Source: Basidiobolus meristosporus CBS 931.73
Taxonomy: Eukaryota > Fungi > Basidiobolomycota
Assembly: GCA_002104905.1 (NCBI GenBank)
Contig: MCFE01000096.1
Location: 62,001 to 126,000 of the forward strand
Reading direction: 5' to 3'
DNA: 64,000 bases
A model generated the notes under the pieces. It was not told the DNA's origin. It worked only from the letters and a program-made list of their open reading frames with translations, and made no database searches. This document shows, piece after piece, positions 63,414 through 64,000 of the stretch (position 1 is its first letter; each line of letters starts with the position of its first letter). The translations under genes were made by a program, and so were the position numbers.

Positions 63414-64000
63414 CTAGGATCTTCTGGTCTTCTTGCTAGTCTTCTTCTTGCCGCTACCGCTGACCGCGGCCGCCTCCTCCTGGGCCAACTTGGTGGCGAG
63501 TCCCGAGGTCATCTTGCGCTTCTTGCCGTCCTTGCTCTTGACGCTGACCACGGTGGATCCCTTGTTCTTGGAGATCTGGCCGTGGGCGGCCTCCCAGTCC
63601 GCTTCATCGCCCTCGATGGCATATCTGTGGAGAGAAGGGTTAGATTCATCCAGACCACGCAAATCCCTACATGATGTACTTACTTCTCAAGGTCGAGCGT
63701 ACCGATCAACTCCTTCTGCTTCTCACGAAGCTGGTTGATCACCTCGTTACCCGCCTCACCGATGTCCTGATCCAACGACTCTTGGACGGGGTCCCAGGCC
63801 TCCTCGTCATCCACCTTTTTGGCGGACTTGTTGACCGACTTGGACTTGGCCTGCATCAGGCTGGGGATGCTGCTCACCTCGCTCTCGATCTCCTGGGTCT
63901 TCAGCTCACGGAAACACCCGGTGACCTTGCGGATGATCTTGGTGAAGAGGGCGAGGATCTGGCTGGAGGGGAGGTTCATCTCCTTCTCGACGTCGTCGAC
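63414..64000 (-). CDS. NAT10: RNA cytidine acetyltransferase NAT10/Kre33, C-terminal part; intron 63625-63683; 5' part outside the window
   Basis: VDDVEKEMNLPSSQILALFTKIIRK...QLREKQKELI..LDLEKYAI and a basic tail. Confidence 0.9.

Overview
Eukaryotic, almost certainly fungal, genomic DNA with two sharply different compartments. The species cannot be determined from the window. Bases 1 to ~58,200 are a gene-free, AT-rich, almost CpG-free nest of transposons. It holds four copies of a two-ORF PHIS (PIF/Harbinger-type DDE_Tnp_4) DNA transposon with AGAC...GTCT ends and ANT target sites, and a 733-bp foldback MITE family that shares those ends. It also holds several CACTA/CMC-type elements with a divergent accessory ORF, one young complete Ty3/Gypsy element (8759-14475), one older nested Gypsy, one full-length Ty1/Copia and many Copia relics and solo LTRs. 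From ~58,600 the DNA becomes GC- and CpG-rich and carries three intron-compact housekeeping genes: mitochondrial ribosomal protein mL40 (MRPL28), AP-2 alpha adaptin, and the 3' end of NAT10/KRE33. The strongest signal is CpG-specific C-to-T erosion of repeats that scales with element age and stops abruptly at the genes; it is not the classical CpA-directed RIP pattern. All alignments and translations were done by eye, so boundaries of decayed relics are approximate.
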